A stretch of 64,000 nt of DNA from Ramazzottius varieornatus (GCA_001949185.1 BDGG01000016.1:496001-560000), one strand, 5' to 3'. Shown: positions 25,859 to 38,957, numbered from the stretch's first letter. Numbers and translations: made by a program. The notes: generated by a model from the letters alone, not told the origin.

Positions 25859-28800
25859 TCACATTTTGCTCACGGGCGTTATACCAAGGATGGAGAAACA
25901 ACGGTCCATGACACCCGCTGTCGCTTCGCAAAGCAGCAGTCGGTTCCTGTGGACTTTGACGATCGCACCTGTAACAAAAGACCACAAAGTTGGTCTGTAG
26001 TACTGTTCTGCGAAGAAATAGTGGGGTATAACCTACCGGTCGCTCGGTCCTTCTCGATGCAGTAACAATTGTCGTAAAACTCGGTGAAGGTGGACGACAG
26101 TTCATACAGGTAGTCGCAGATCTGGTTCATGAAGAGGTTCTGCAAGGCACCCAACAAGGCTTCGTGGAACATGTTCAGCTTTTTAGCCAACTTTAGTTCC
26201 TTCTCGTGCTCCAACGGAATGGTCCCGACAGACGCCAAGTATTGCTGTAGATCTTCGGAAGACACACCGGCGTTCCTTGCGATAGATCTACCAAAAACAT
26301 CCTTAGTAAAAACAGAAAGGCATTCATAAAAATCCACCTACCGAATACGAGTGTAGGCGTAGAGAAGGTACGCTGCCGTATTCCCCCTGTCGTCCAACAT
26401 CTACAACAGAAGGACATTCTCCTCTAAAATCCAAACTACGTTCACAAACCAAAAATATACTGCAGGGTACCTTGTCAAAGGAAAAAACGTAGTCGCTCAG
26501 CCGGTTTTTGCTCAAGTCGGCATACTTTATGCAGCCATAGGCTACGGCATCTCGCGCTGCTTCAAACTCTTCTTTCGTCAGCTCCTTATCCCTGCCTTTT
26601 TCCTTGAGCTTCGCTTCACATCTTGCCAGACCTAAAACAATATCCCTTAGTCAATTCTATTTCCAACGCGTAATAAGTAGGTTCATTCCTCAGATTTTTT
26701 CGGCTGAAGAAGTTTGATACATACTTTCATGAAAAACTTCCATACATAGACCCCGTGTTCGAAGACCGGACACGGCGCATGCAGGTTCGTAAGAGAGGGT
26801 CAATTTTGGTATACCTTCATCGAGGAGTTCGGCCAGCTGGACGGTATCTCCACTCCTTGTCTTGAACTTCTTCTTATCCTCTCCTAACACCAACCCAAAC
26901 CCGACGAACTGGCATCTCTGGACATCAGGATCCAGCCATCCCGCCAGCTTGGCTCCTTTCACAACCAGGTCGATGTGGAATTCTTGACCAGAGTCAATGA
27001 CGTAAATGTTCCAGTCGCACTTCTCCACCTGCAGTCGATGCCGGATGGTTGCCATGTCCGACGTATCGTAGGTGAAGGCTCCGTCGCCTTTGGCAATGGT
27101 CAGCGGGATCTGTCCTTCGGGGACGAACATGAGCTTCCGGCGACGTCCGTGCTCGTCGGGTTCGTCCAGCTTGAGCAGGCCAGCCTCTTCGAGCTCTCTG
27201 ACGATTTCCTTCATCATTTCGTCGTAGAAAGACTCACCACGGTTCATCAACTTCCTGCTGATCTTCAATCTCTGATAAATTCCGGCCATTTCTGCAAGAA
27301 AACATTGAAACATCAGCACACGGTCGACACTCACGCAGATGCATTCAGAGCTGTGCTTAACCTCAACGACTATCTGTATGCAAGTAGCCAACAGATAAAT
27401 TTCGTACATCCAAGGACTACGTAATTTTCACTGAATAACCAAGAATAACACTAAAAATCTCAGAACAAGCTTGTACCGCTGAAGGAGACTTCGCAGATGA
27501 GCTTCCAAGCCTTCATGATATCTTCTTCGTGGTTTTGTAGACTGACTACACAGTCATGGGCTCGTCGCTTGAATTCCGGGTCTTCGTCGAAATGGACCTT
27601 CGCTTCCTGTAGAACACAACAAAGGGCACTTGTTGAACGGACTACTGTATCAGGAAGAAAACTGAATTTACGGAGGGTCTACTGCACTTTATAGAAGGTT
27701 TGCAGATCGCCAATGGGTGGTGAAACTGTCAAGTAGTTCGGGAACTTGTCCTTGAGGTGAGCGATCAGCATACCGAACTGCGTTCCCCAATCACCCAGAT
27801 GGTTCAATCGGACGACTTCGTAGCCAATGAACTCTAGAAGGTTTGCGATGCTGTCTCCGATAATCGTCGACCTGGAAAAAAACGGTATATACAGCGGTAT
27901 AATTATCAAAATTGCACCAAAATCCGAAAATTCGGATTCGCGCTTCTAACAAACTATCGATATTATCAACAACGGCTGATATTTGCTCAGAAAAAATATT
28001 TACACATACCGTAAGTGTCCAACATGCATTTGTTTAGCGATGTTTGGTGACGAATAGTCCACAATGACTTTCAGTTTCTTGCTGACTGGTGGTGGAGGGA
28101 ATTGCTCTCGAATCAGACTGGTCAACTTCTGGGCGACGAATGCAGGTTTCAGGTTCAAGTTAATAAAACCAGCAGGCGACACGACCGTCTGCAAGGAACG
28201 TTTCGTTTACCCAACAACCAAGCAAACATCAGAGTCACGGAATTTATAGGTACCGATTCGATAAGGTCGTTTGAAGGAAGACACACAACAAGTTTCTCAG
28301 CTAGGACCTTCTCCGCTGTCACGACATCTGCTCCTGCTTTCTTCTTCCCCTTTGCGTCGCCACTGAACGCTGGTGCAGGAGCTGCTTGCGCCGAAAAAAC
28401 CTTAGCTTCTTCTTTAAGTTTGTCAAGCTCGACAGTGCGTCCTTGCTTCTTCAGCCACTGCAAAAGAGAACAAAGTGAACAAATGAAGAATGTTAAGACT
28501 TTACAAAGCATGACGCCATGGGAGAACGAAATCTACGTAGTTATAGACAGTAACACGTGCAAAACCGTGACGTCGTATGCTATAGTAACGGATAACTGGG
28601 TATTCTGGCACGACTGAGGTTTGCGGCCTTTTCCGTCCGAAATTACCACCTCACCTGGGATATCTTGATAGCATCATTGCACTGGTAGTCTCCATGGATA
28701 GGAGTACAAGCGTTGACGGCGTTAGGGACTTCATCGATGTCAGGAAACAAAGTTATGACGGCAATATGGAAAAGCGCTTTGATGCGTTCCAGCGTAGGAT

Positions 28801-29201
28801 AGTCCACGCCAGTGCTTCGCTTTTTCTTCTCGCCCAGAGCCTAAATCAGATACCCTCTTCTTATATTAATCGAAAAGTCCGGAGGTTTGTGAATTTATGC
28901 CTGGATCAGGTGATTTCGACGGAATTTCAAGCGTCCATTTTGTGCGTTCAGTGTTTCCAAATCACCAGTCGACTGATCCTGGGACACAGAGCCAGCCAAA
29001 CGCTTCATCTGAGCAAGCTGCTTTTCCAGGTCTCTCAGTTCGTTCTCCTGGAAAAGGAAGCTATATAAGGCACCACGTAGACAGAAAACGATGAGCCGGG
29101 ATAAAAGACTTACATGTACACCGGGCAGAGTAAATTTGGCTTCTGTGACTTACTTGCTCGCCAGTTCGCCTGCTAACAGCTTCAGAGATTTTACCGTCCA
29201 T
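25859..29201 (-). CDS. RARS1: Cytoplasmic arginyl-tRNA synthetase, multi-exon
   Basis: [25 protein letters not shown] (HIGH motif), [51 protein letters not shown] and [16 protein letters not shown], plus an N-terminal leucine-zipper-like extension. Stop is TGA 25859-25861. Confidence 0.95.
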
Positions 29202-29746
29202 TATCCTCCAGCTTCCAAGATTCGCGGCGCAACTGAAAAGGAAAGAACTGTGGCCGAATTGCCCGAATGGAGAGACGAAGCTGTATAAGGCGTCACGTAA
29301 ACAGAGTGTCACAGTGGTCGTAATTTTCCGATGGAGCCGGAAGTTGACAGTTGACTACCGGATACATTACAGTTATACGAGGCTCTGCTGATATGGCGTA
29401 ATATAGCGATGGACTCAGTGAATTATCGAAAACTAGCGCTGGCAAAAATACGATAAAATTCGATACGATATTTTCCGATACAATTAATGATGAGCATTAC
29501 AAGCTGACGGCTCGTGTAATGTAAAATGTAATGTAAAACAGTGTAATTACAAAAAGTGTAATCACATTTTACACTTGTTCACATTTTACAACCCCGAAAG
29601 AACGGAACCTGTAAACCAAGTGTAAACTATCAAATGACCCCTCCAAGTTAGCTAAATCAAAGCCGCTACAGATGTGGAAAGAAACGTAATCTCTCGTATA
29701 CAGTAAACCTATTAACACAATCTTCAATCTTCACTGGTTCAAACAA

Positions 29747-32172
29747 CTACTTGACAACAAATAAATCTGCTAAGGTGAAAAACTTTCCGGTCAGAGACAC
29801 GTCATCTTCGAGCTCCTCACTGCTTGGCATGTCATTGTCGTCTTGACCGAACAAATCATCAAGGATTGCCATTTGACTTTCCAGCTCCATTAGATCGGTT
29901 TCACCGCCACCTGGAAAAGTAATATTCTAAAGTACCGATGTCAAAATAGTAATGTCGAAGTAAATTGAAAATCATATCATAATGTAAGTGAATTGTTTAC
30001 CTTGATCAAGTTTCACTGGTACTGTCTCTTCGTCCACTGTTACAACAACAACAGGCTCATCTGAAACATTTCCGGTCATCTTTGCTTTCTTCTCGTCCTT
30101 TTCTCTCTTACGTTTTCTTGAGAGCTCCTCATCTTCACGACAGAATTTCATTTTCAGCGTGCACATACCACTAACCAGATTAAGTCCCAATCTGTTTCTG
30201 CTTGCCGTATGGACATCGTTCATTTTCTTCCAGAAACGTTCAACTGAAGCGGCGTGCGGGCAAGCTGAAAGAAGGAACTTAGCCAGCTGAGCCACTTCTG
30301 AATGCTCGGCCTCGGCATAAGTCCAGTAATCGAAAGGGTTACTCAGCTGGCTAGTGTACTTCAAGTCGAAGACACCCTGATTCGCAGTGTAACGGATTGC
30401 AGAAGTCAGCAAGGAAGTCGGATCTTTTTGGAAGAACTGTCGGTAAAGGTCGCTGGCCCACGTGTAAATCACTCCACTATGAACTTTGTTAGGGTCACGA
30501 CGGAACATATCGAGCTTTAGTTTGGGGTCGAGGAACATTGCTACAGCGAATACGTCGGTTGGGTAGAAGCTTTTCCACCGCTTTTCCAGTTGAGAAACTA
30601 AAGTCCAAGAAACGTTACGATCTTTCAACAGCGAAAACCCACAGTAGATATCGCGTATGGCTGAACCGATGTCAGCAATCGTGCAATTGTCTGATTCTGC
30701 CTTTGCTTGTGCGCTGACCAGCGGCCTAAGTACTGCAGCAATCTCTTTTGCGCCAAGCCAGAACTCGTCGTCATCGAGGATCACTTTTAAGTTGAATGGT
30801 ACCAGACCCAAATTCGCGCTGTACTTGACGCCATACATCTGCAACAAATAAACAAAGGCACGAATGTTAACAGAACTAATACGCTGCATGTTAACAAATC
30901 TTTTTTTTGAGTAAAGATTTCTGATTCTTGACCGAAGACGCCTGCACTTAATCTACCGTTTGAATGATGAAGTGTATCGAAACGTTACCTGCAAGGCACT
31001 CTTTGNNNNNNNNNNNNNNNNNNNNNNNNNNNNNNNNNNNNNNNNNNNNNNNNNNNNNNNNNNNNNNNNNNNNNNNNNNNNNNNNNNNNNNNNNNNNNNN
31101 NNNNNNNNNNNNNNNNNNNNNNNNNNNNNNNNNNNNNNNNNNNNNNNNNNNNNNNNNNNNNNNNNNNNNNNNNNNNNNNNNNNNNNNNNNNNNNNNNNNN
31201 NNNNNNNNNNNNNNNNNNNNNNNNNNNNNNNNNNNNNNNNNNNNNNNNNNNNNNNNNNNNNNNNNNNNNNNNNNNNNNNNNNNNNNNNNNNNNNNNNNNN
31301 NNNNNNNNNNNNNNNNNNNNNNNNNNNNNNNNNNNNNNNNNNNNNNNNNNNNNNNNNNNNNNNNNNNNNNNNNNNNNNNNNNNNNNNNNNNNNNNNNNNN
31401 NNNNNNNNNNNNNNNNNNNNNNNNNNNNNNNNNNNNNNNNNNNNNNNNNNNNNNNNNNNNNNNNNNNNNNNNNNNNNNNNNNNNNNNNNNNNNNNNNNNN
31501 NNNNNNNNNNNNNNNNNNNNNNNNNNNNNNNNNNNNNNNNNNNNNNNNNNNNNNNNNNNNNNNNNNNNNNNNNNNNNNNNNNNNNNNNNNNNNNNNNNNN
31601 NNNNNNNNNNNNNNNNNNNNNNNNNNNNNNNNNNNNNNNNNNNNNNNNNNNNNNNNNNNNNNNNNNNNNNNNNNNNNNNNNNNNNNNNNNNNNNNNNNNN
31701 NNNNNNNNNNNNNNNNNNNNNNNNNNNNNNNNNNNNNNNNNNNNNNNNNNNNNNNNNNNNNNNNNNNNNNNNNNNNNNNNNNNNNNNNNNNNNNNNNNNN
31801 NNNNNNNNNNNNNNNNNNNNNNNNNNNNNNNNNNNNNNNNNNNNNNNNNNNNNNNNNNNNNNNNNNNNNNNNNNNNNNNNNNNNNNNNNNNNNNNNNNNN
31901 NNNNNNNNNNNNNNNNNNNNNNNNNNNNNNNNNNTCTACACAGTGCTTACAGGTTGCTTTGCGGTGCTTGGACTTCGGCCAGTATTCAGCACTTCTTTCG
32001 AACTCGGTCCACAGGTCAAGACGACTAACCTTTGTGCCACCTATCGATCAATCAGCAATCAATCATTCGAACACAGTGAATAGAATCCCTATGTCGACCA
32101 CATAGAAGTCCACTTACGTTTTGTGTCTTGCTGTTCATCGGTCTCCTCGTCGCTCTCCTCGCTTTCAGACAT
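29747..32172 (-). CDS. hAT-family transposase (BED zinc finger to dimerisation domain), spliced; middle part lies in the N gap
   Basis: Exon 1 MSESEESDEE.. ends at a gtaagt donor. Next come the BED-like LWTEF..KATCKHC, then LEKRW, AMFLDPK and PFDYW..VAQLAKFLLSACPHAASVERFWK..HTASRNRL, with an acidic tail ending at TAG 29747. No stops in the visible exons. Confidence 0.82.
31006..31934. other. Assembly gap (N run); shorter 50-N gaps also at ~46524-46573 and 60031-60080
   Basis: Runs of n in the sequence. Confidence 0.99.
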
Positions 32173-33436
32173 CGTGTATGCAAACAGAGGTTCGTAGTCA
32201 AGCTCAAAGTACGCTAGTGTCAGATTAGATTGAACGGAGTAAGAATGATAAGGCCGAAAGCAGCTGCGTATATTTCGTACTGCGGCAGTGTAAACCAGAC
32301 TGTGTCATCATGTCCACTGATGTAAAGCTTCTCTCAGATCGACAATCACTCAATCAATGGTTTCCCTCAACCCGTGTTCAATTAACACGGCTTTTAATCA
32401 GTTAATGGCGATTTGAACGGATATTTCGGTTTTATACTCGCGTGTAATTCCAAGTGTAATTACACTTTTACAGTTGTATTTTACACTACAACTTTCCGAA
32501 GATTGTAATGTAATGTAAAAGTGTAAATGTAATGTAAAATGTAATGTAATGTAAAGTGTAATGCTCATCATTAGATACAATATCGGCGGATATTTTATTG
32601 CGGTCTTCGATATTCATTCGATATCGATATTTCGATACGATATTTTTGCAATACCGTATTTTCGATATATCGTATCATATCGCAGCGATATATCGATATT
32701 TGTGGAATTTTAGGTTTTCAGAATTCCATTGGTCCAAGCCCAAAAAATCGAGAAGCCGATTTCCACATGGGGAATTAGTAAGATCGAAAGCGTCGGATGC
32801 AGCAAAGACATGATTATACCAAGACTTCAGACACATGGAAACCTGGACAGAATTAGTACCAGAACCGAATGGGCTGAGTGTGCTCGGTACACCATGGCCA
32901 GAATCAAGTTTTGGAATCAACCATGGTCTTCCGTAAACGAGATATCACTGGCGAGTTTGCCATTCAGCAAAATACCGATATATCGATCATACATCGAGAT
33001 AATTTATGGCGCAATACGATATCGCCAAATATTTTATTGCGTTATTCGATATGAGCGTCCTATCGATATTTTCGATACGATATCTCCGGGATATTTTATC
33101 GCAAAGATTCGATATATTTCGATACGATATCGGTATACCGTATCGTTGCCAGCACTATCGAAAACACAAAACGGCTTCGCAACATCAAATGCAGCCCAAC
33201 TTTGGAACTTTGGATCAGTCAATCAATATTTTTCTTATGAAAAATGGCGTTCTCAACCTTGTTGGAACACCGATTCCCCTGTTTAGTAGTGGTAGGATCT
33301 GCGCACTGCTGATGAAGTTTCCTTATTGAACCGGTTTTCGGCGGGTCGTAAGTGAGTGTCCCTTGATTCTGTATATTAGGCTGAGTAAACCACCCGTCCA
33401 CCGCTGACGTAATGTAAGCTATAGCCAGCCCGTGTA

Positions 33437-33563
33437 CACGCAGGACGAGAAATTCTGGTACAGTAAAATCATGGTACAGGCGAAGAGGACGGCAAAATGG
33501 AAATTCAACCGTAGAAAAGAGTCGAAAAGTGTATCACTGTAGATCGGACGCGTACATACGTGC
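33437..33563. mobile_element. Truncated copy of the CACG-terminus MITE family (see 57886 and 59389)
   Basis: TA-CACG start and internal ATGGTACAGGCG..GGACGGCAAAATG..CCGTAGAAAA..GTCGAAAAGTGTAT shared with the 57.9 and 59.4 kb copies. It is cut off by the next element. Confidence 0.65.
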
Positions 33564-33901
33564 AGAGTGAAACAACCAACCAACTAGTGTATTCACTGAA
33601 GGAAAGGCCCGTTGCTTCACTGGAGCAATCTGTCCTCTCAATCAAGCGGAGGTAGACACATTAGTTAGTGATTGTTTCTCAGGGCGGACTTTCATTGTTT
33701 GAACGTGGGTTAGCCCTTGATTGACCAGGGCCGACTTTGACCACGTGACCACAAGGTCAGAGACTTTACTCTCGAAGCACGTGGTCAAATCCATCCCTTC
33801 AATCAACAAGGTCCTTGATTGACTACGGGCAATGGTTTCATACAAGGGCCTGTCACTGGCTCACTGCAGTGAATACACTAGTTAGTTGATTGTTTCACTC
33901 T
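33564..33901. mobile_element. MITE-like element with ~35-bp terminal inverted repeats
   Basis: AGAGTGAAACAACCAACCAACTAGTGTATTCACTG pairs with CAGTGAATACACTAGTTAGTTGATTGTTTCACTCT. The interior is non-coding. Confidence 0.65.
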
Positions 33902-34799
33902 AGTACTTTAAAGTGCCAATGATGCGGGACAGGTTTGAATCCGGGTGCGTATAAAAAGACCGCGCGGATCGTAGGTGAAATATCTGGTCAACGTGTGTAT
34001 CGATCAAGCGATCGTTATGACATGACACATAACAGCCAAAACAGCGCGTACCGGGAGGATTATTTATGCGGACCCGGACTAGTGATATTCCAATATGGGT
34101 TAATGAAATCTAATATAATAAAAAACAAATATCCGCCGTCCATCAAAGTTCTAATGAGTGACCACTACTATAGTAAAACGTCTACTTGATTTATTAAAAT
34201 CTTACTATAGTAGCACTTCCGGGGGTTTGTTATTAAAATATATTTTAATATCGGAGAGCTCGACGGAAGATCAGAAGATTCAGAATCACAACCATCAGAT
34301 CAACAAAAGTACTGTAGTACAGCTTGCACCCTGCACCTGCACACTGTAAAATGGCCGGTTGAAGTGTCAGACCGTATGCAGGTGCACGATGTTCAAGGGT
34401 ATTTGTTTTGCAGTAGCCCTACTGTGCTGCGGTAGAGGTATCATTATGGTGTGGCACACTTTATAAGGCGTGGGTCGCACATCGAGAAACCAACGCATCA
34501 GAACTCAGCAAATCAACCAGTTTTTCGAATCAGCGGAAGCGTTACCCGTATTAAAATATGTTTTACTATAGATGATGGACAACTTAATAATTATAAAATA
34601 TTGCACTTCCGATTTCAATCTACTAAAAGATAAAATCATCTACTGTAATATAATATGATTAATTGAGTTCGACTTCAAATTTATACATACAATCTCCCAC
34701 AAAAAAAACAAAAACGCAAGCCAGTTTGCAAAAGCATAAAGAGGCCCGGTAGAACCAGACCCCAAAACAATGAAGCAATACAAATCACCTAAAAATCTC

Positions 34800-36355
34800 G
34801 GTTATTGACATCGACAATAGAATAGATCTCCTCCAAACCTCCATGACTAGAAACGGTTCCGAAAACAGGCAGCATTACCACGTTGAATATCTATACTAAG
34901 CTTTTGCTTCAAAAACGAGAGAGATCTTGTTTCGCCGGTGGCTTCTGCTGTTCTTTTGCCTGTTTGCTGGATAAGGCTGGATGCTGCGTTCCTGAAAGGA
35001 CCGAAAGTTTCGAACGCTACTGGACAGAACAGGTAGCGACCATCCAGCTCGCGGTACTTGTGTCTCTTGAGCTCTTCCGCCTTGTTGGCGGCATAACCAA
35101 GCTGCCCCGCTGATCCTTGCAGGTATGTTTCCGCAAGAGTGTCAACACAGGTTACATCCCAGACAAGAGCCTTACCTTGTTGCCACGGGATGAGCGTCAG
35201 TCCGTCAGGTCGTTTCTGGTCGTCCCTGAGGATCCCGTTGAGCTCAAGGACGTTCGGGACTTCACAGCTGATGAGGGCACGGTGGAGGGAGTCATTCAGA
35301 GCGGAATGTCTAGAATGCCGTCCGGCACTCAACTCACAAGACAAGCCGTGGCGCCCCACCTCCCCGGCAAGTTTTTTGCAACGACAAACATGAGGCTCAC
35401 AGAGCCTAGCCCCAAGACGCAAACCAACTGAGATGCGAAACGAGTTGTCGTCCAGAAAATTACCTAAAACAGAAATGGGTAACGCATTAAGCCATGCTCT
35501 TGAGTCCTTAGCTGATACGGCAACTATTTTAATGACAGCGTTCGTGTGTTTGCAGGCAAGCTTCGTACACGCGCTTGGCCTAGTTACTGGCGGCGAACAA
35601 ATTTCTAGCCACCGGCCGAAAGCGGTATCTTCCGGCTCAACTGACGATCAATCGAAGCGTTGCCGCTTTCGGCCCGTGGCCAAATATTTTCCCCCCATAA
35701 TTATGCTAGATGAACCTTTGAGTGTACCTTTGATGAACGTGCATTGTGGGTTGAAAGGCACTACGTAGTGACAATTATAGCTTGTTGGAAAACCAAAAAG
35801 CAAATTTCGCAAAATCGAACCCAGCCCTCTCGTGCGGGAGTCGGCGCGTTATCTTGGTGGAGAGTCCGTATCTTGGGGTGCAACGAAGGATCTACAATAG
35901 TCGGGCTGCAACGGAGGATCTACAATAGCTTAGGTAGACTAAGACAGTTCTTCAACAGAAACAAAGCTTGGTGGGCCGAGATTCTTCCAAGCGTGTAACC
36001 ATGAGCTCAGCCTGTTGGATCTTTTTCTCTAGGACCGGAGGGATCGCTTCGGGGAAGACTGGAGCTCCAAGTAGCGTTAGGGTCTCCTTGTCCGGAAATA
36101 TTACGCCAGGGCAGAGGAGCTTCATTTTCTGGCGTGTAACTTGTTGTTGGGTAGGAGTACCTCCACAGACAACAAACTCACATTTGGACGTATTGAGCTC
36201 GAGGCCCAGAGAAGCGCCGATCTTCACAATGGTCTGGAAGTCCCTAATTACCAGTTCGAAGTCTCCACCAAGCGTGGCATCGTCAAGATACCATACATTG
36301 AAGGGCGACTGAAGCGACTTGGACAGGTTCCGGGTCAGAAGACAGAATAACAATA
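34800..36355 (-). mobile_element. Decayed, 5'-truncated non-LTR retrotransposon with RT and C-terminal restriction-like endonuclease (CRE-like clade)
   Basis: RT motifs WYLDDATLGG, GLELNTSKCE and LLGAPV. Also AWLNALP..FRISVGLRLG, a CCHC knuckle (CRC..HGLSC), RHSRHSALND, KRPDG..WDVT, and AEELKRHKY..PVAFETFG..IQRGNA. The fragments are separated by stops and a deletion. Confidence 0.85.
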
Positions 36356-37100
36356 TAATATTACTATACTAGAACATCACTAACCCGGACCAATCTTGTC
36401 GCACTTCATTGGCACTTTAAAGTGATTTTATTGTCGCAGATACAGTGTGAGTCTTTTACGTGATGCTCGCAGAGCTTAGTAATACATGCACGCGACCAGA
36501 TAGCCCATGTTATCAAATTTCGAACCACTTCAGGTGGTCTAACATGGGATTTTGGGCACGAGCTGTCGTTGCAGAGCTGGTTTCGTTCGTAAGTTTGTGT
36601 TTGAACCTCTCTGCTGAACTTTGCCCAGTGAAGGGCAAAGTACAACATCAGTGGAGATAAGCTTGTGAATGGAGTGTCACTGAGGAGAAGCGAAAGTAGG
36701 TCACAAAAGAAGGAAATATAGCATCGCGTTCTGAGTCACTGGGAGTAATTCAATGGTTGGGAACTTGGGATACGCGCTGCCATCATCCCAGTTCCCGTTT
36801 TCTTCCCCTTTAGCCTCGCTCAGCGGCAACAGTGCCGTTAGCGTTCCGCCTCGCAAATCTTGATCTACGTCTCCAGCAATACGAAACCTTTGAATATAGA
36901 GATTGCGAGCGAAAGGGGAGCCCCGGAAAGCAAAATGTAGTTGCACGTCACGAAAGGGGCGGCGCAAGGCCATAGCTACAGTTGCAGAGTGATGGGGAGT
37001 GGCAACTTAATCCTTATAATATCTGCTTCCATCAGCGCATCCGTGTTTAACGGCTCAAGTACGACATGTTGCGAGAGCTCCGCCCAAAAGGCTGGACTTC

Positions 37101-37310
37101 CAGCGGAGCTTCAGAACGAATTATAGACCACTTGAGTCATCGTAGAAAGCTGTTCAGGCATTCTAAAGCCCTTAAATTAGGGCAAACTATGGCAAGCCTG
37201 AGCTTATGGCGGAAGATCAAAGAAATTTCTTGCCACCGAAAGTGGTCTCTACCATTAGTCATCTGTTTTACGTAGGAGCATAGTACATTATTATACCTTG
37301 TTGATCGTGC
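37101..37310. repeat. Left arm of a ~200-bp inverted repeat (partner 41860-42075)
   Basis: GAATTATAGACCACTTGAGTCATCGTAGAAAGC..TCTGTTTTACGTA is almost exactly the reverse complement of 41902-42058, with weaker similarity on both sides. Confidence 0.88.
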
Positions 37311-37718
37311 AGTGCCGTCAAGTGGTACTATCAACAGGGTTATCAATTCCGTATTAATCAATAAGCCAACATCAAATGATTCGTACAGAATCGATTGATC
37401 AAATCCGAGATGACGACTCATGACTCATCAAAAACTCGAAAAAATTTCTCAAAACTATTAAAAAGATCAGAAAAAATCGGGGAATCATCCTGAGTAAACG
37501 AATGTGCTGTCTGGAGCTCGAGCTTCTTCTGACGAGTTTGCGATACAGAGTCCCTTGGGTATTTCGAGCTAAACTTTCAAAGTCCATTCCACGCTTATCG
37601 ATGGACCAAAGTCGCTTCGAAACACCATATTTCGGGAACATTGAGGTCTGAAAATGGACCACTGCAAGTATTCCGATCAATAGCGATTAAAATTGAAATC
37701 AAAAAAGTCATGTTGGAG

Positions 37719-38294
37719 TAAGGTTGTAAATTCCTAATTCCATTCCTTTCCAAATTCCATTCCATTCCTGGAATTCTGTTCCGTTCCCAGGGGTAGCCGT
37801 TTGGAACGGTGGGACTCCTATTTGGAAAACTAGCAAAAATCGGAGAAAATTTAGGAATTCCAGGAGGTGAACAGACGAAGATTCAGCAGATCCTGTCGAA
37901 AAACTGAACCCGATGCTGGCTCACACATGCGTACAACTGAGGCCAATTAGTCGTTCAGTTGAACGACCAATAGCATTTTCGATCCGTCGCACTAAAGTAT
38001 GCGGCGCATTCAACTGTGCGTCTTTGATTTTCCTTTGGACTTTCAGATCCGACAAGACCGAAAGTGCGGATCGGTCAATATCCAGCTGGCTTTCAGCCTC
38101 AAAACCAATATTTGTTGATGACTTCAGATCATGTTTACTGTTTTAGATGGGTATGTAAGAAAAACTAAACTGGCAAATGGGACTTTGGAATTCCGGATTT
38201 TTGCGAGGACCTTCTGGAATAGGAAATAGGAATATTAGGAATTCCTTTCCTATTTTCCATTCCAAGGGTATTCGGCCTGGAATTTACAACCTTA
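37719..38294. mobile_element. Non-autonomous hAT/MITE (576 bp)
   Basis: TIR TAAGGTTGTAAATTCC / GGAATTTACAACCTTA with 8-bp TSD TGTTGGAG at 37711-37718 and 38295-38302. ATTCC/GGAAT subterminal repeats. Confidence 0.9.
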
Positions 38295-38357
38295 TGTTGG
38301 AGCAACACTGCACTGCAGTCAAGTCAAGCTGAGCTAAGTCTAGCTACATCTACACTA

Positions 38358-38688
38358 CGAGGTAAACGACATAATTCCGACATATCGATTTCGCACCATA
38401 ATTCGGGCAACGCGAAAGGTTTGAATGTTACCTTCAACGCTTGATTCATGCCTCATCGTACGTGTGTTGATACAGCATTAGGTTTTTTAACATTGGACAG
38501 ACCCATCGATCCCAGGCCAGATTCCCGTAATCTACAACGCTTTCCCGTTCTTAGACCTATTGGAACCTCGAGGAGAGGGATCAGTCCACCTCAGGAAACA
38601 AGAAGCGGTTCATTACGCGCAGCAGGAGAAAAATATGCCCGAATTAATAGTTAAAAATCACTATGCCCGAATTATGTCGTTTACCTCG
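38358..38688. mobile_element. Tc1/mariner-type MITE, copy 1 (~330 bp)
   Basis: TA-CGAGGTAAACGACATAATTC..GAATTATGTCGTTTACCTCG terminal inverted repeats. Near-identical to 41285-41615. Confidence 0.85.
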
Positions 38689-38957
38689 TGGCAGTAGCCT
38701 TCCCGGAGCCCCCAGGGTAACTGACTGAACCCCGGTGTATTCCTCGTCAGAAAGCGGTATTCCCTGATCTTCTGAGGGCTAACGCAAACATGTGCTTTTT
38801 GTAATTAAGTTGTCGTTTTTTTCATGGCCCAAGTCGCCCAACAAGGCAACATCTGCCATAAAGAAAGAAATCGTGTCTTTGTTTTGCTTTTTGTTATACG
38901 TGTTCCCAGACTTTGGTTCGGTGTGCCAGGTATCGAGGACGGCCTCAAACTGTACAA

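Larger units (their letters stand above)
29485..32573 (-). mobile_element. Autonomous-type hAT DNA transposon (~3.1 kb, includes an assembly gap)
   Basis: Perfect 17-bp TIR TAATGATGAGCATTACA / TGTAATGCTCATCATTA with 8-bp TSD GATACAAT at 29477-29484 and 32574-32581. TGTAA subterminal repeats occur at both ends, and it encodes a transposase. Confidence 0.92.
29434..33157. mobile_element. Non-autonomous hAT element (~630 bp without its insert), interrupted by a second hAT
   Basis: Termini TAGCGCTGGCAA..TTGCCAGCACTA with 8-bp TSD TCGAAAAC at 29426-29433 and 33158-33165. Dense CGATA/TATCG subterminal repeats. An internal minus-strand remnant VPST..VSMCLKSW resembles a hAT C-terminal dimerisation domain. 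Confidence 0.85.

Noticed and set aside
30960-32105. Long + strand ORFs of 354-381 aa
   Set aside because: Artefacts of translating the N gap.
32440-33150. TGTAA and CGATA short-repeat arrays as possible CRISPR or telomere-like arrays
   Set aside because: Irregular pentamer repeats without unique spacers, explained as hAT subterminal repeats.
38448-38654. Identical 68-aa ORF MPHRTCVD.. present twice (also 41375)
   Set aside because: It lies inside the duplicated MITE and has no domain features. The identity reflects recent transposition.
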